Positions 41,802 to 53,469 are shown, counted from the first letter of the stretch. The stretch is 64,000 nucleotides of DNA from Carpediemonas membranifera BICM (GCA_019828565.1 JAHDYR010000062.1:1064421-1128420); one strand, 5' to 3'. The notes: generated from the letters alone by a model not told the origin. Made by a program: numbers and translations.

Positions 41802-44036
41802 TCAGCGCTGCCGCCCAAAGTCGGCGCGCATCTCGCTCAGGCGTGACAGCAAGTCGTCTGAGGACTGTTTGCTCCCCTTGTTCTTCCCTACCCGCGACCT
41901 GGGTCTCGGTATGGACGACTCCAGCGAGTCAGGCTCCTCAGCAGAGGGAGGGCTGGGGCGTGGAGCATCAGCATGGGCGGCGGAAATCCTGCTCGGCCTG
42001 GGGATTCCCGGGCCGGATGGGGCCGGGGCGGGATCAGCGGCTGCCTGCCTGGCCTTCTCTCTCTCGGCCTCGCGGGTGACCTCCTTCTCGTTCCTGGCGA
42101 GGAGCTTCCTGGACACCCTGCCCTTCAAGAAGGGGGTCAGCCCGCATGCCTCAAGGAAAGATTCGATCGACATCAGCAGCTCCTGCTCGACCACAATATC
42201 ATACAAGATGTCAAGAGGGTGGTTGATATCACCGATAACGGCCAGTATCTCGGCGGTCAGAGCGTCAGCGACCTCAGCGTCTGCCCCGAATTGGGCGATC
42301 GCTGCCATAATCTGCTCGTTTCTATTCGGCGTCTTCTCAGTCGGCCCGAAGTTGTTGACGAGCACCGTGAACGGGTGGGACGGCGGCAAGTCAGCGGCCA
42401 CCGCCCTCGCATGGTCAAGCACATCGGGCCGGGCTATGATCGTGACAACACAGTCGCTGACGCCAGTGAGGCCCGCGGCGTTGGGGATCAGCTGGTCGTG
42501 GGCCGAGTCGAAGAAGTCGGCCAGCAGCGAGACTGCAAGCCGCAAGTACTCGTCGGCCTGCTTGAACTGGATGCCGATGGTCTTATCAATGACCCGCCCC
42601 AGCGCCTTCAGGGCGGCCGGGTCACTCAACGTCGCCAGGGAACGGGCCTTGAGGTCGGCCGTCACTGGTCTGGGGGCGTCGATGGATCGCGAGACGCTGA
42701 GTCGGAGGCTGAAGAGGACGTTGATGGACTCAATGAGGCCAAGCTGCCTCAGGACGAGCATGATCGCGTCCCGGTAGCGGCGGAGGATGTCTCGGCCATC
42801 CTCGCCATCCGCATGGGCCCCGGGGCGGCCGGGCGTGGCTAAGTGGCGGGGGGTGATCTGCTTCAGGTCGTGGTCGGTCATACCGACGAAGAGCTCGATG
42901 AGGAGGTCGTTGATGACGTCGTAGCTAAGCAGGTCGAAGTTGATGTCGCAGTTGTCCAGGACAGTAGCCTGCAGGAGCACGGAATACCGCACGAGACGGG
43001 CCGGGAAAGGTTCGTCAGCGAGTAGGAACCGTCGACATACCGCTACGTAGCCCTCGAGCACACGGGCGCCATGGGCGGGCTCGAGGCGGCCTTCGCGGGC
43101 GGCATCTATGAGCTGCTTGGTGGCCGTGATGACCACCTCCTCTTGAGGCTCCTCGAATAGGTCTGAAATGAGGTCGTCGACCGCCCTTGTCGGCTGGGGC
43201 GGCTGTCTGACCGAGGCCTGGCGGGGCCGGGGGGGAGGGAGGGCGGGGGCCGGCTTGTCGTCGATGGGGAGGGCCTCGTGCTCCTCCTTGGCGGGCTTGG
43301 CCTTCGGCGGCGGGGCCTCCTTCAGGTCCGAAAGGATCGCGGCGATGTCATCCTTGATCGGGAGGAGGAGCGCCGGCCTCAGCTTCCGCGCAGCACTGTC
43401 TACTACCTTTGCGCCCACGATCTCAGCGACCCTCTTCAACGCGGCCTTGGCAGTTGCTCGTGTCGAATGGGACCCGGCCGACATAAGCTCGAGAGCCGGT
43501 CTGACCAGGGACTTGGCTGCGTCGGGGCTGGCCTTGTCAAGGCATGGGCTGTCTACCACCCACTTCAGCAAACACTCGTTGTACTTGGCTTTGGTGTCTT
43601 GAAGCGAGGCAGAGACGACATTGATCGTCTGGGATGACACAGAGGACCCCCACGCCTCGATGGCAGCAGTGGCGGAGGTACGGATGTCCACCTTCATGTT
43701 CGCGAGGCACTGGATGACGCTGGGAAGCACCGTTGAGATGTACTTGTTCGATTGTGGAAGTGAGGCCATCTTCTGGGAGAGCTCCAGCGCTGCTTTCTTG
43801 CAGTGGACGTTTGAATCACCTAGTCTAGCGCTCACAAGTCCTGGCATCGCCGTAGGAACGACCTGAACACCTCCGTCCAACAATTCACATGCTTTCTGGA
43901 GCGCATCGCGCTTAGCTTCCCAATTGCCGGTGCCCATCGCCACTAAACACTGGCTTAAATCTCGTCCTGCTTCTGTGCGGCCGTTGTCTCGTTTGTTCAT
44001 GTTTTTCTCTGTCGACAAGGCTTGTTGTTCGTTCAT
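41802..44036 (-). CDS. TOG/HEAT-domain protein (XMAP215/CKAP5-like, reduced)
   Basis: NWEAKRDAL, ARLGDSNV, CLANMKVDIR..AW are TOG-like HEAT motifs; start uncertain. Confidence 0.65.
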   Translation of the reverse strand: MNEQQALSTEKNMNKRDNGRTEAGRDLSQCLVAMGTGNWEAKRDALQKACELLDGGVQVVPTAMPGLVSARLGDSNVHCKKAALELSQKMASLPQSNKYISTVLPSVIQCLANMKVDIRTSATAAIEAWGSSVSSQTINVVSASLQDTKAKYNECLLKWVVDSPCLDKASPDAAKSLVRPALELMSAGSHSTRATAKAALKRVAEIVGAKVVDSAARKLRPALLLPIKDDIAAILSDLKEAPPPKAKPAKEEHEALPIDDKPAPALPPPRPRQASVRQPPQPTRAVDDLISDLFEEPQEEVVITATKQLIDAAREGRLEPAHGARVLEGYVAVCRRFLLADEPFPARLVRYSVLLQATVLDNCDINFDLLSYDVINDLLIELFVGMTDHDLKQITPRHLATPGRPGAHADGEDGRDILRRYRDAIMLVLRQLGLIESINVLFSLRLSVSRSIDAPRPVTADLKARSLATLSDPAALKALGRVIDKTIGIQFKQADEYLRLAVSLLADFFDSAHDQLIPNAAGLTGVSDCVVTIIARPDVLDHARAVAADLPPSHPFTVLVNNFGPTEKTPNRNEQIMAAIAQFGADAEVADALTAEILAVIGDINHPLDILYDIVVEQELLMSIESFLEACGLTPFLKGRVSRKLLARNEKEVTREAEREKARQAAADPAPAPSGPGIPRPSRISAAHADAPRPSPPSAEEPDSLESSIPRPRSRVGKNKGSKQSSDDLLSRLSEMRADFGRQR

Positions 44037-44231
44037 ACAAAAAGTTACGTAGAATCACGTAATTCATCCGTTGGCAGTAACTACACCAACAACGCCACGT
44101 CATTTGACTGAAATTCCCCCTGACAGAGAGGTCTGGGCGCTGAGACATCGTCGTTGCCATTTGGTCCATGCCTGAAAAAAATCTACGTTTATCATCGATG
44201 CGCCTATGAGTGTCGCGCTGAGTGTCTGCGG

Positions 44232-45128
44232 TCACACAGACCCGCCAAACAGCCCGCGGTAGATGTACTTCCGCTTCCTATCGATCGTCTGGTACTTGGC
44301 GCTGCTGGTGGTGTGGTGCACGACCAGGCCGAGATGGACCAAAACAATGCTGCCGCTAAAGAGCATGTACAGTGAGATCCGGATCTCCTTGAGGATGGCG
44401 GAGAACGTGTCAGCCGTGTCTCGCAGCTTCCCTTCCTCCAAGTGGTCGTCGAGGGCAGAGTCAACGACGGCAATGACCTCGATGCACAGGTGGATCAGCT
44501 CAATCACCGAGAGCCACAGTAGCATGCCGAATACGATCGTCCAGACGCGTATGGGGAGACGGCGACCCCGCTTGACAAAGAGGGTGACGATTACAGCAAT
44601 GGCGAAGAGCGAGATGCAGAAAATTGCAAGGCCAAACATGAGACGCATGGGTTTGCCGAGAGGGAGTGTGAGCGTGTAGCTGCTGAGGTAGGATAGCGAA
44701 TCAGCGAGCCCCACGACGGTGGAGAGGTAAAGGGCGACCTCCCACTGCCAGAGGGGCATGCCAAGGATGGGACGGCGCCGGACCTTCGGAATACGGTGCT
44801 CCGTGGACGTTACAAGGTCAAAGGGCTTGACGAATGAGATGAGGAAGAACGATACAAAGGCACAGCACGTTTGGATGACGCGAACGACGATGTCGATGCA
44901 ATACTCCACGAAGACGTGATCGACCTCTCCGATGATCCAAAGGAACGTCAGGATAAGATACACAACTGCTAATAGCGAGAATGATTGAAGTAGACCAGAA
45001 ATTCGGTCGAAATACTTCGAATGCATTGATTTGATGAAAATATGGCAGACATGGTACACTATTGAAAGAAGAAGTGTCGGTATGATGATCAGCACGTTAA
45101 TGGAGATCAGGCTAAACTCCAAAATCAT
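44232..45128 (-). CDS. Multi-pass (about 7 TM) membrane protein
   Basis: Hydrophobic ORF of about 300 aa. Confidence 0.7.
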   Translation of the reverse strand: MILEFSLISINVLIIIPTLLLSIVYHVCHIFIKSMHSKYFDRISGLLQSFSLLAVVYLILTFLWIIGEVDHVFVEYCIDIVVRVIQTCCAFVSFFLISFVKPFDLVTSTEHRIPKVRRRPILGMPLWQWEVALYLSTVVGLADSLSYLSSYTLTLPLGKPMRLMFGLAIFCISLFAIAVIVTLFVKRGRRLPIRVWTIVFGMLLWLSVIELIHLCIEVIAVVDSALDDHLEEGKLRDTADTFSAILKEIRISLYMLFSGSIVLVHLGLVVHHTTSSAKYQTIDRKRKYIYRGLFGGSV

Positions 45129-45471
45129 GCTGCTCACTCAAGGGTCTTCCCGGCCGATGGGTTTGCGGCAAAACTGCGAAAAATTGAACTGAGGTCTCAG
45201 AGCCTACTTTACTGCTTGCACTGTGCACTCTATGATACTTCATGAACTCAAGCAACTCAGCTAATGGGGAGCGACAGGGTGATCCGCTCAAGTATCCTCC
45301 TCCATCTCGACGAGACCTATATACACCCGCTCTCGATGGTCAGGCAGAGCTCTGACCGACGAAGACCGGCATATCGTCCATAAATAAGCAAGCCTTTATC
45401 CCTTATAAGTATCCCTTATAATTGTCATCCGCGATGCATACAACATTTCAAGAGCACCAGCATGCCACCGC

Positions 45472-47316
45472 TCATCGCTGCCACTCCCGCATCAATCCGC
45501 GGCACGCCTCAAGTTCCGCCGCCCACCGCGTCTCATGCGCGTCGAGGTCAACATCCCGCTCCCGATCCTGGGCCGACGGGGCGGCCAGCAGCTGGGACGC
45601 GCGAGGTCTGTCCCGAGGGTCCCTCCGCAGCAGCAACCTGAGCAGGATGAAGAGGGACGTGGGGGCACCGCCCCGGGCCTCCAGCTTGTCCCACCGCTTC
45701 TCGTCGGCCATGCGGGCTGTGTCCCGCAGGCTAGAGAGGATCTGCGTGTCATCCTGCAGCAGACTCCCGCTGTGGACGGCCATCTTGTACGCCCACTGTC
45801 CGGGCGTGCTCGCCTTGAAGGGACGGCGGCCGAAGAGCATCTCGAACAGCACAACGCCCGCGGACCAGACGTCGACCTTGACCGAGACGTGCGCTCCCCT
45901 CAGTCCGCGGGTCTCGGCGTCCATAGAGCCCAGGGCCTCGGGCGGGAGATAGTAGTACGTCCCTCGCTCCTGTCCGGGCATGATGGTGCAGTCGTCGCGG
46001 TCGTCGTCGAGCTGGTGACTGAGACCGAAGTCGGCGACTCTGATGCGGTGGCCGCGGGAGTGGTCGAACAGGATGTTGCCGGGCTTGATGTCGTAGTGGA
46101 TGATCTTCATCGAGTGCAACTGGTCCAGCGCCTTCACCAGCTGGACAAACACCAATCCGATTTGCTTATCGGTGAGCTTGCCGACCTTGAGCTTGGCGTC
46201 GAGGTCGCCCCCCTCGCACGCCCGCATGACGATGACCATCTCCTTGGCCTCCTTGATGGGGAAGACGTCGTACATCGGCAGCAGGTACGAGTAGTCCTCC
46301 GACCGGTGCTGGGTCACCTCGTTCCAGCTCTGGATCTCGTTCTTACGGGCCTCGAGGACCGCGGTCTGGTTGCCGCTGTGGCCCGAGAGAGTGTGTATCT
46401 TGCATGCGACTGTCTTAAACCTGCTGTTCTCGAGGCACTTGGCCAGGTAAACGCTAGTCTCGCCCCCCTTGCCGAGCAGGTCGTAGATGAAGTACTCCTG
46501 CCCCGTACCCTCGTTCTTCACGCAGTAGTAGCTCTTAGTCGAGTCCCGGCACTCATCATCCGTCGGGTTCGTCCCAATCCGCGCGTCCTGGGCGAGGTCC
46601 CGCATGTGGCGGATGAACGGCGTGCTCTGAAGACGACGCCGCTCGAGCTCGGCCTTCTCGTTGTCTATTTTCGCCGTCTGCAGCTGAGAACGGTCGTACC
46701 GATACAGACTCCGCAAGAACTGCGCGTCCGCGCTGTTCTCGTCCCCAGTATAGCTCGCCACGCTCTCCCCGCCCCGCTTGCGACGGCTGGCGTCGTACTT
46801 GGCCTTCATGCTCCCGAACTCCGCTAGTAGTCTGGCCGTCTCGTTCTCGTGCCTCAGGATCTCCGCCTCCATGGTCCCCCCGCTCCAACGGGGCGGGCAT
46901 GGGTCCCCGTTCAAGCCTGCCCCGCCCTCGTTGAACTCGCCGTACTGGCTCTTCATCTCGGACTCGTGGCGGAAGAGCGTCTCGCGGTAGACGGGCACAA
47001 GCTCGTCGAGGTGCTGGATGAGGTTCTGTCGTTCTGTTTGGACAGCGGCCTCAGTTTGACTCGCACGAAGGTGCTCAATCACCTTAAGGGCTTGTTCAGC
47101 AGATTCCATGCGCTGTTTGTATTGTTCGAAGCGGGTTTTGCTCTGTTCCAGCTCTTTGCGGAGCGCATCGTTCTCTCTACGCAGGGAAACCTCGGGATCG
47201 TTGTCGCGCTTCGGCGTACCGGTGAAAAAGTTCGTTATTGACGTCTGAGCCTTGCGCTTCTCGGCTTTCTGCATCAAGGCGTCGCGTTCCGGCTGGGAAA
47301 TACATGAGCGGCGCAT
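45472..47316 (-). CDS. TLK: Tousled-like kinase
   Basis: Coiled coil then LLGKGG..VACKIH, IIHYDIKPGNIL, DFGLS, GTYYYLPPE, KVDVWSAGV. Confidence 0.85.
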   Translation of the reverse strand: MRRSCISQPERDALMQKAEKRKAQTSITNFFTGTPKRDNDPEVSLRRENDALRKELEQSKTRFEQYKQRMESAEQALKVIEHLRASQTEAAVQTERQNLIQHLDELVPVYRETLFRHESEMKSQYGEFNEGGAGLNGDPCPPRWSGGTMEAEILRHENETARLLAEFGSMKAKYDASRRKRGGESVASYTGDENSADAQFLRSLYRYDRSQLQTAKIDNEKAELERRRLQSTPFIRHMRDLAQDARIGTNPTDDECRDSTKSYYCVKNEGTGQEYFIYDLLGKGGETSVYLAKCLENSRFKTVACKIHTLSGHSGNQTAVLEARKNEIQSWNEVTQHRSEDYSYLLPMYDVFPIKEAKEMVIVMRACEGGDLDAKLKVGKLTDKQIGLVFVQLVKALDQLHSMKIIHYDIKPGNILFDHSRGHRIRVADFGLSHQLDDDRDDCTIMPGQERGTYYYLPPEALGSMDAETRGLRGAHVSVKVDVWSAGVVLFEMLFGRRPFKASTPGQWAYKMAVHSGSLLQDDTQILSSLRDTARMADEKRWDKLEARGGAPTSLFILLRLLLRRDPRDRPRASQLLAAPSAQDRERDVDLDAHETRWAAELEACRGLMREWQR

Positions 47317-47546
47317 AACACGATAAAACAGCCTATCGAGAGTCAGCCAGGAGAAGAGTCAACCCGTGAACAGTGTCCATCGGAGCATGCTGCATTGCTC
47401 AACAAATGTTGAGTTCCGAAGGGTGGGTTGACAAAACTGAAGGTTGTGAAAGGAGAGAAGGGTCAGGTTTGACGAGTAAACTCGTTTGTAGGAGCCTGGT
47501 GTGTCGCCCGGCCGACTCTCTGGGTGCGAGCAGGCTAACCGCCACA

Positions 47547-50500
47547 ATGGCTGAGGAATGGAATCGCGGTAACACCCTATCGCGTCTCAAAGACGAGCTC
47601 AACAGTGCACTTGAGAACCATAAGGCTGGTGGCACCGCAAAAGTCATCTTCTTCAAGTCCGCCACCGGCTCTGGGAAGACGAGGATCTTTCTCGAGGCAT
47701 TGGACGCTGTTAGCAAGGAAAGAGAGCAGAATCAGAAGGCTAAGCCCCATATTATCCTCTTCTCCCGCACTCACCAGCAGTGCGATCAGCTCATGACGTC
47801 GTGTCTGACGAGCTTCCCTCCCAAGCAGAATCGAACGTTCGGCCGCTTCATCGGGAAGCAGAAGCTGAAGTGCTGCGTCGGGGATGAGCCCATAGATCAT
47901 TTCTGCGCCCGCAAACGTCTCAACAAGAACAAGCTGTTGTCGACACGACCGTTCACCCTTGAGGGCTTTCAGGAGTTCGCAGACGGTCTATCTGACAGAG
48001 GGATGACGACGCTCACACACAGCATGAGCGGGCAGAACAAACCTGGGAAATCCAGCAGACCGATGCCCACGCTCCTCGTCGGCCCTCACGCGATGATTGG
48101 GGAGAGCCATGACAAGGAGGAGGAGGACGTGCCCGAGGATGACGACGATTCAGAGGATGACCAATATTTGTCGGACGACGGGCCCGAGGAGGAAGACACA
48201 GACTCCGGACAGCCGTCCTTCCCGGCTATGTGGTCCTTGAACAGCAGTCAAACAGCGAAGTCACCGACGCATGGTGCAAGGCCAACGCCGACCACAAGAC
48301 GCTCGTCATGATACACCACTACGGCGGTTGTTACGCCGAGGGGGCTGACCTGCCTCCTCGCATGGTCGGCCTCGCTCTGCTGTTCGGGCGGTATTACGGA
48401 GTTCCGATGCCTTCCATGGACAGTATTTTCGACGGACTCTTTTCGATGGACAATGATTCCGATACGATGCGCCAGTCGGGCCGTATAGCCTCCCAGCAGG
48501 CCGGCGGCAGGGCTGTCCGAGGGCCCGAGGACCACGGGGTCGTCGTCTGCATCGACAGCAAGTGGGATACGTGGGAAGAGAAGCCGCTCAACTCCGAGGA
48601 ATGGCTCGGCACCATAGAGAATGACGATGACGAGCAGGCTGTGTTCAACAAGATATCTGATCGACTGGCCACCCCCCACCCCGAGGCCAGCCGCCCCGAC
48701 AGCATCCTGCTCCCTGTTGGCGCCCGGAGAGCCAGCAGCCGAAAGAAGCCACTCGTCGAGGTTCTCAAGGAGCAAGATCTGAGCTTTGATGTCGACTTCA
48801 CCATGGATGTGCCTCCGGAAGCGATGGTCCACACAGAGTCCGGAGAAAGTGACGACTACAACGTCAGCGACATCATCTGGTCGACGGCGGTCTTCGAGAT
48901 CCTCAAGATCCAGCACAAAGACGACCTGGTTAAGCTCAGCCGAGCGATCAAGAACCTCGGTGCGGTCTTCGTCGTCTCCCAGATCCAGGCGCTCTTCACC
49001 GACCCCACTGGCATGGCGGTCGACTCCCCGATGCTGACTTCCACCAGGGGGAACAATGACCCAATGGAGCTGTTTGTCACGCTCAACGAGCGCGGGGCCA
49101 AGGATGCTGTGACTGAGCTTACTGAGTGGGTCAACGAGATGTTTACAGACGAGTTGGCCACTGTTTGCAGGGATTTCGCCTCCATCGCGGCAGATAGGAT
49201 GATGACCTTGAACGGGCGGGCCAACTTCATGCAAAAGTGGGATGCCAACAGGCTGCCTGTGGATTCAGAGGAGATTCCTCAACTCAGCAAACTCCAGAAG
49301 CTCCTTAAGGATGAGCTTAAGGATGAGCAGATTAGACGCGGTTCCTACCTGAATGGAGATAAGGACAACATCTGGTTCACCGAGCTCGTGTACAGAGTCG
49401 CAGCGCCCAGGCTAGCCCAGTTCACCCGCAGCATCCTCCAGAGCATTAGCATCAAGGAATTCGTGACGATGAAGACCGGGTCGACTGGCAGCGAGCTGTT
49501 CCACACGGGAGACGGGTCTGCTGCGTCTGCCAACCGCCTCCTCACCGATGCCGCCCGTGTCCTGCTCGAGGGGACCTACATTCCCCATCTTCTCCGGGAG
49601 ATGAGTGATGGGACAACTCGGGTCAACGCCGTGCTAGCTGTGCCGATCCGTAAGAACCCTGCACAATGTCACGCATGTCCCTTCTGGCCGCCCGACTGGG
49701 ATTTTGATCGGATGGGGGTCTGTTTGAGGTCCGCTGCTGGTCGGGCCAACACACCCAATGTTCAGCTGCTACATGCGTTCCAACGGAGTTCGTTCTCGAT
49801 CGGTAGCTCAATCGCCAACCGAGACTGTCAGCCCATTCCATGTGACCGTCCCGTGCTCCACGCCTTTATCATCGACACCGATGCCATGTTCCAGGATGAG
49901 AAGAAGAAGAAGTATTACCAGGGCATCGCTCTCCTCGCCTCGATCCTGCGCAGTGGTTACCTGTCAGAGGCCTCATACAAGAGCGAGCTGCGCTATCTCG
50001 AGGGCCTGCTTGATATCAAATACCTTGCCCAACGCACCCCCCGGGTCGAGTACGACGACGGCCGGCTGACGTTGCTGGTCAACGCTCATCAAAATGTCAC
50101 TGGAACAGATGCAGAGAAGCTCCGTGACGCGACTTTGACCTTTACCGCCACCATCGCGGATGCTATCGAGAAAGGCACCGACTTAGTGCTCCACATCGCG
50201 GCCCACGGCACGAGCACCAGGGTCGAGCACTTCGGGGCCCTGAAGGAAGATGTTGCCACCGTCTCGGTCATTCTCGGCCACCAGAAGTTTAATGACCGAA
50301 TGAAGGGTATCTTCCTGAACTTGAATCTGTTCATGCACGAAGTGAACATGCGGCAGCAGAGTGTTAATGGCCCAGGCCAGCTTCTCATCCTCAGCATGCA
50401 GTGCCGACCTACGATGAAGGACACCCCCATCGATACCGACACCGCCAAGAACGAAGAGAAGACCCTCCTCATCAACCACCTGCCCGACCTGCCCGGGATA

Positions 50501-50899
50501 GTGGCGTTCTTCGCACAGAGCCCTCCCTTCAAGAACATGGTCCACAACAACCTTGGCGACGACACCGCATTCCACGCGATCAAAGAGTGTGCAAGGAGTG
50601 ATGAAACTTTTTGGACACAATATGAGTGGCTTACAGGTGTTGTCTGCGACCAGTTCGCCCTGCTGTGCGTCTTGCTGGCGTCTAGAGCGGTGGGGCACGA
50701 TGATGTGTTCATAACGGCTGCCGAGTATTTGAGGGATTCAAGAGATGCCACTTCTATGAAGAGGAGACAGTCGAGTAAGATCGTCCCGATGCAGCCAGTT
50801 CTCTCCGGGAAGGCGTGGCACGATGATAGGATGGAGTATGGTGTGAGTATGTTCGACTTTGTCCAGGACCGCCTCAATACGCTTATCGAGAAAAATTGA
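47547..50899 (+). CDS. Degenerate Rad3/XPD/DinG-family helicase fused to a large unknown domain; frame break near 48170-48240
   Basis: SATGSGKT and FSRTHQQ in ORF 1; GGCYAEGADL and QQAGGRAVRGPEDHGVVVCIDS in ORF 2; DEAH motif not visible. Confidence 0.6.
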
Positions 50900-51037
50900 A
50901 GCCAGGCCTGGCTGACGCAATGAGTGCTTTCGCTAACTTTGAAGTCTCAGCAAGGTGAATAAAGTGTTGTCAATGAACAGTTTAAGCCAGCGTAGAGGCG
51001 ACCATGGGGCGACCCACCCCGACTCAGCCCAACCTAT

Positions 51038-52035
51038 TTACTGCCCCAGCTGGGCGATCTTGTCCGGCACGTACACCTCGCTGACGAACCCCAGCCCGAG
51101 CAGGTGCAGCGCCTCGATCTCACACTTGCCGTTTGCCTCCACCATCGCGTTCAAACTAGCCGCGTCTACTTGACCCAGCCTGCCGATGACGCTCCGAGCC
51201 TTCGCCCTGTCCGCCTCTGTGAGGGGCATGAGGGCGGGCTGGAGGTCGTACTCGACGACATCAGCGGCGGTGATCCCGACGAGCTGCATCTCGGGCAGAC
51301 TCACTGCGAACTTATCGCTGGAGTCGCGGTAAGTCGTGAAGATCTCGTACCCGTGGGGGTCGCCGTCCACGAGGCACAGCGCGGGGATCCCAGTGGCGTC
51401 CAGGATGGCCCGGATGAGCTGCTTCGTGGGGTAATCGGGGTAGCCCTTGCCGGTAACGATGATGCCGGGGCAGCAGTGGTCGCCCCGGGGCACGCCGTCC
51501 TCGAGCAGGCGGGAGAATACAGCCTCCTTCTCGACGACTAGGAGCCAGCGGGCCGAGGTCACGACGCCCTCTATCAGCTCCGGCAGGGTGGGCACGAGCG
51601 AGGCTTCCCCGGCCGTGTGGATGACGCGGCGGCCCTGGATGGTGTAGGAGATGTCCCCGGCGATCAGGCCCTTGGGGGAGGGCACGATGTTGGTCATGTA
51701 GCGGGGGATGCCCAGCACGGACGTGGCCCGGTCAATGGCCTCGTCGCTCTTGCGCTGAGTCGTGAAGAGAGGGACGTTGTTGTAGTACACGTCTCGCTTG
51801 GACATGTGCTTGTGCTCTCCGCGCAACATATGGATCTTAGAGAGAACCATGTACATTCGACCTGGATTAGAGTAGTGGCAAGAGACATACTGAAGTCTTT
51901 CACTGAATTACCGTTGTATGACACCGCTTCGTCCTCCTCTTCACATCGAAGAGCAATATCAGTGCTTGAAGTGTCAAATAGCCCATCAATTAGCTGTTGT
52001 GTTAACACTTCCACACGATTTGAGACGAAATCCAT
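51038..52035 (-). CDS. SPO11: Spo11 / topoisomerase VI A subunit, intron 51862-51890
   Basis: KRDVYY catalytic Tyr, VVEKEAVF, TGKGYPD, DGDPHG, KCEIEA; a 29-nt GTATGT..CAG intron joins the upstream exon. Confidence 0.93.
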
Positions 52036-52374
52036 CCACAATTCTTTCCGGCGTGTGTCTTAAAAGTGCGGTGGCCATGGTGGAGACACACTGCCGTTGG
52101 GGTGGAAGTAGTTCTGCCGTTGAGGTGCTGATTGTAATCATGCGTGTTGCTGGGCTTGGAACTTCCGGCGTTCCTCGCACATCCGAATAACCTCGCCGGC
52201 AATGGAGAAGTGATGGGAGAACTGTGTGCTAGACAGACGCTATTAGAATGCTGCGTGTCTTGGCTCAGGCCGTGTCTGAGTGGATGTCCCCGCCAAACAT
52301 GCGTGGGGGCCGCGGAAGGCGGTGTCATCGGTATTTAAAGTAAGATGGTATTTCCATGTATATGTGATCGTCGG

Positions 52375-53469
52375 CTAGTAGTGTGTCCGTATGGGGCTTA
52401 ATACATGAGCACCGCTGTGCATTCCCGGCCGAACGCAGTGCACGCGGGTCTGCGAGTTGAGCGGCGGGATGGTCATGATCTCAGACTCGGAGGTCGGATC
52501 GGGCGAGGCTATGTCAGAGACCACCGACCAGCCTGAGTTCACGTCGTCGGAGAAGATTGTCTCGGACGACACGCTCTGGGGTGGGCTAAACGCGATTGCG
52601 TTGAGGCTCTCTAGGCAGCCGCTAGGGCTGAGCATCTCCTGCCGAGGCTGAGCAGGCACCGCCTCGGCCTGGATGTGAATCGCGGTGGGCACCCCCATCG
52701 TGATCTCGGGCTGCTCGGACGGCGGAGAAACGGCGGGGGCGAAGGACGCGGGGTTTGTGGGGGTGTAGATCGGGGAGGTCGGCGGGCTCATCAGCGGCGA
52801 CAGCGGGGGCGACATCGGAGGGGAGGTCACCCCGTGACGAGTCTTGCGCCGCCGCTTGCCCTTGCACGAGTAGAGCTCGCGCGTGATAGATGAGAGCGTC
52901 TGGCGCTGGTATGTGTAGTAGTGGCGGTGAGGCTCGTGCGTGGGGAAACAGGAAAGCGTCGCATAGGCCGCAGTGTTGTTCTTCCGGTCGATGGCGAGCT
53001 TCAGCCGGAACTGGCACGGTTCAAACTCCTCTTCAGGCATGTCGGGCGGCTTCCGGTTGTCCTTGCAGATGAAGTAGACGGTCTCCCTCTCTCCGTCGTT
53101 TGAGTCCTGGTCAGCAGGGTCGGTTGGCGGTTCCATTTTGGTAGCTATCATCTCATTCTTGGGCACGCGATCGTCTTTCTGCTTCCCATGTCCCCCCATC
53201 TTCCCAACTTTCACCAAACGGATGCCATCGCCAACGCTCGTCTCGAACTGCTGGATGATCCGCTTGTAAACAATATGAACGGGCTCAAACGGGCTCAACT
53301 CGTTGTATAGTGGCTTGTGCGGCGGAGCGGGCGGCTTCTCCATGGATTTATGGTTGAACGGGATGCGTGTTCCTAAAATGCCCGTAAATCTTGAAATCTC
53401 GGCCGAAGTCAGGCCCCCGACGGCATGTCCGGGTCCATCAGTAGCCCATAGCCCGGCCCGCCTTGTCAT
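52375..53469 (-). CDS. Hypothetical protein with possible WRKY/FAR1-like C-C-H-H DNA-binding domain and Pro/Ser-rich tail
   Basis: YFIC..CQFRLKL..HEPH. Confidence 0.6.
   Translation of the reverse strand: MTRRAGLWATDGPGHAVGGLTSAEISRFTGILGTRIPFNHKSMEKPPAPPHKPLYNELSPFEPVHIVYKRIIQQFETSVGDGIRLVKVGKMGGHGKQKDDRVPKNEMIATKMEPPTDPADQDSNDGERETVYFICKDNRKPPDMPEEEFEPCQFRLKLAIDRKNNTAAYATLSCFPTHEPHRHYYTYQRQTLSSITRELYSCKGKRRRKTRHGVTSPPMSPPLSPLMSPPTSPIYTPTNPASFAPAVSPPSEQPEITMGVPTAIHIQAEAVPAQPRQEMLSPSGCLESLNAIAFSPPQSVSSETIFSDDVNSGWSVVSDIASPDPTSESEIMTIPPLNSQTRVHCVRPGMHSGAHVLSPIRTHY

Noticed and set aside
36318-47363. gagtcaac hits (near 36318 and 47356) as further element ends
   Set aside because: Only partial resemblance to the core, with no AACAAT and no adjacent end homology.
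48170-48201. 32-nt GT..AG intron that would fix the helicase frame break
   Set aside because: The length fits, but it is purine- and GC-rich and lacks the GTNNGT 5' pattern of the other introns; unsupported without RNA data.
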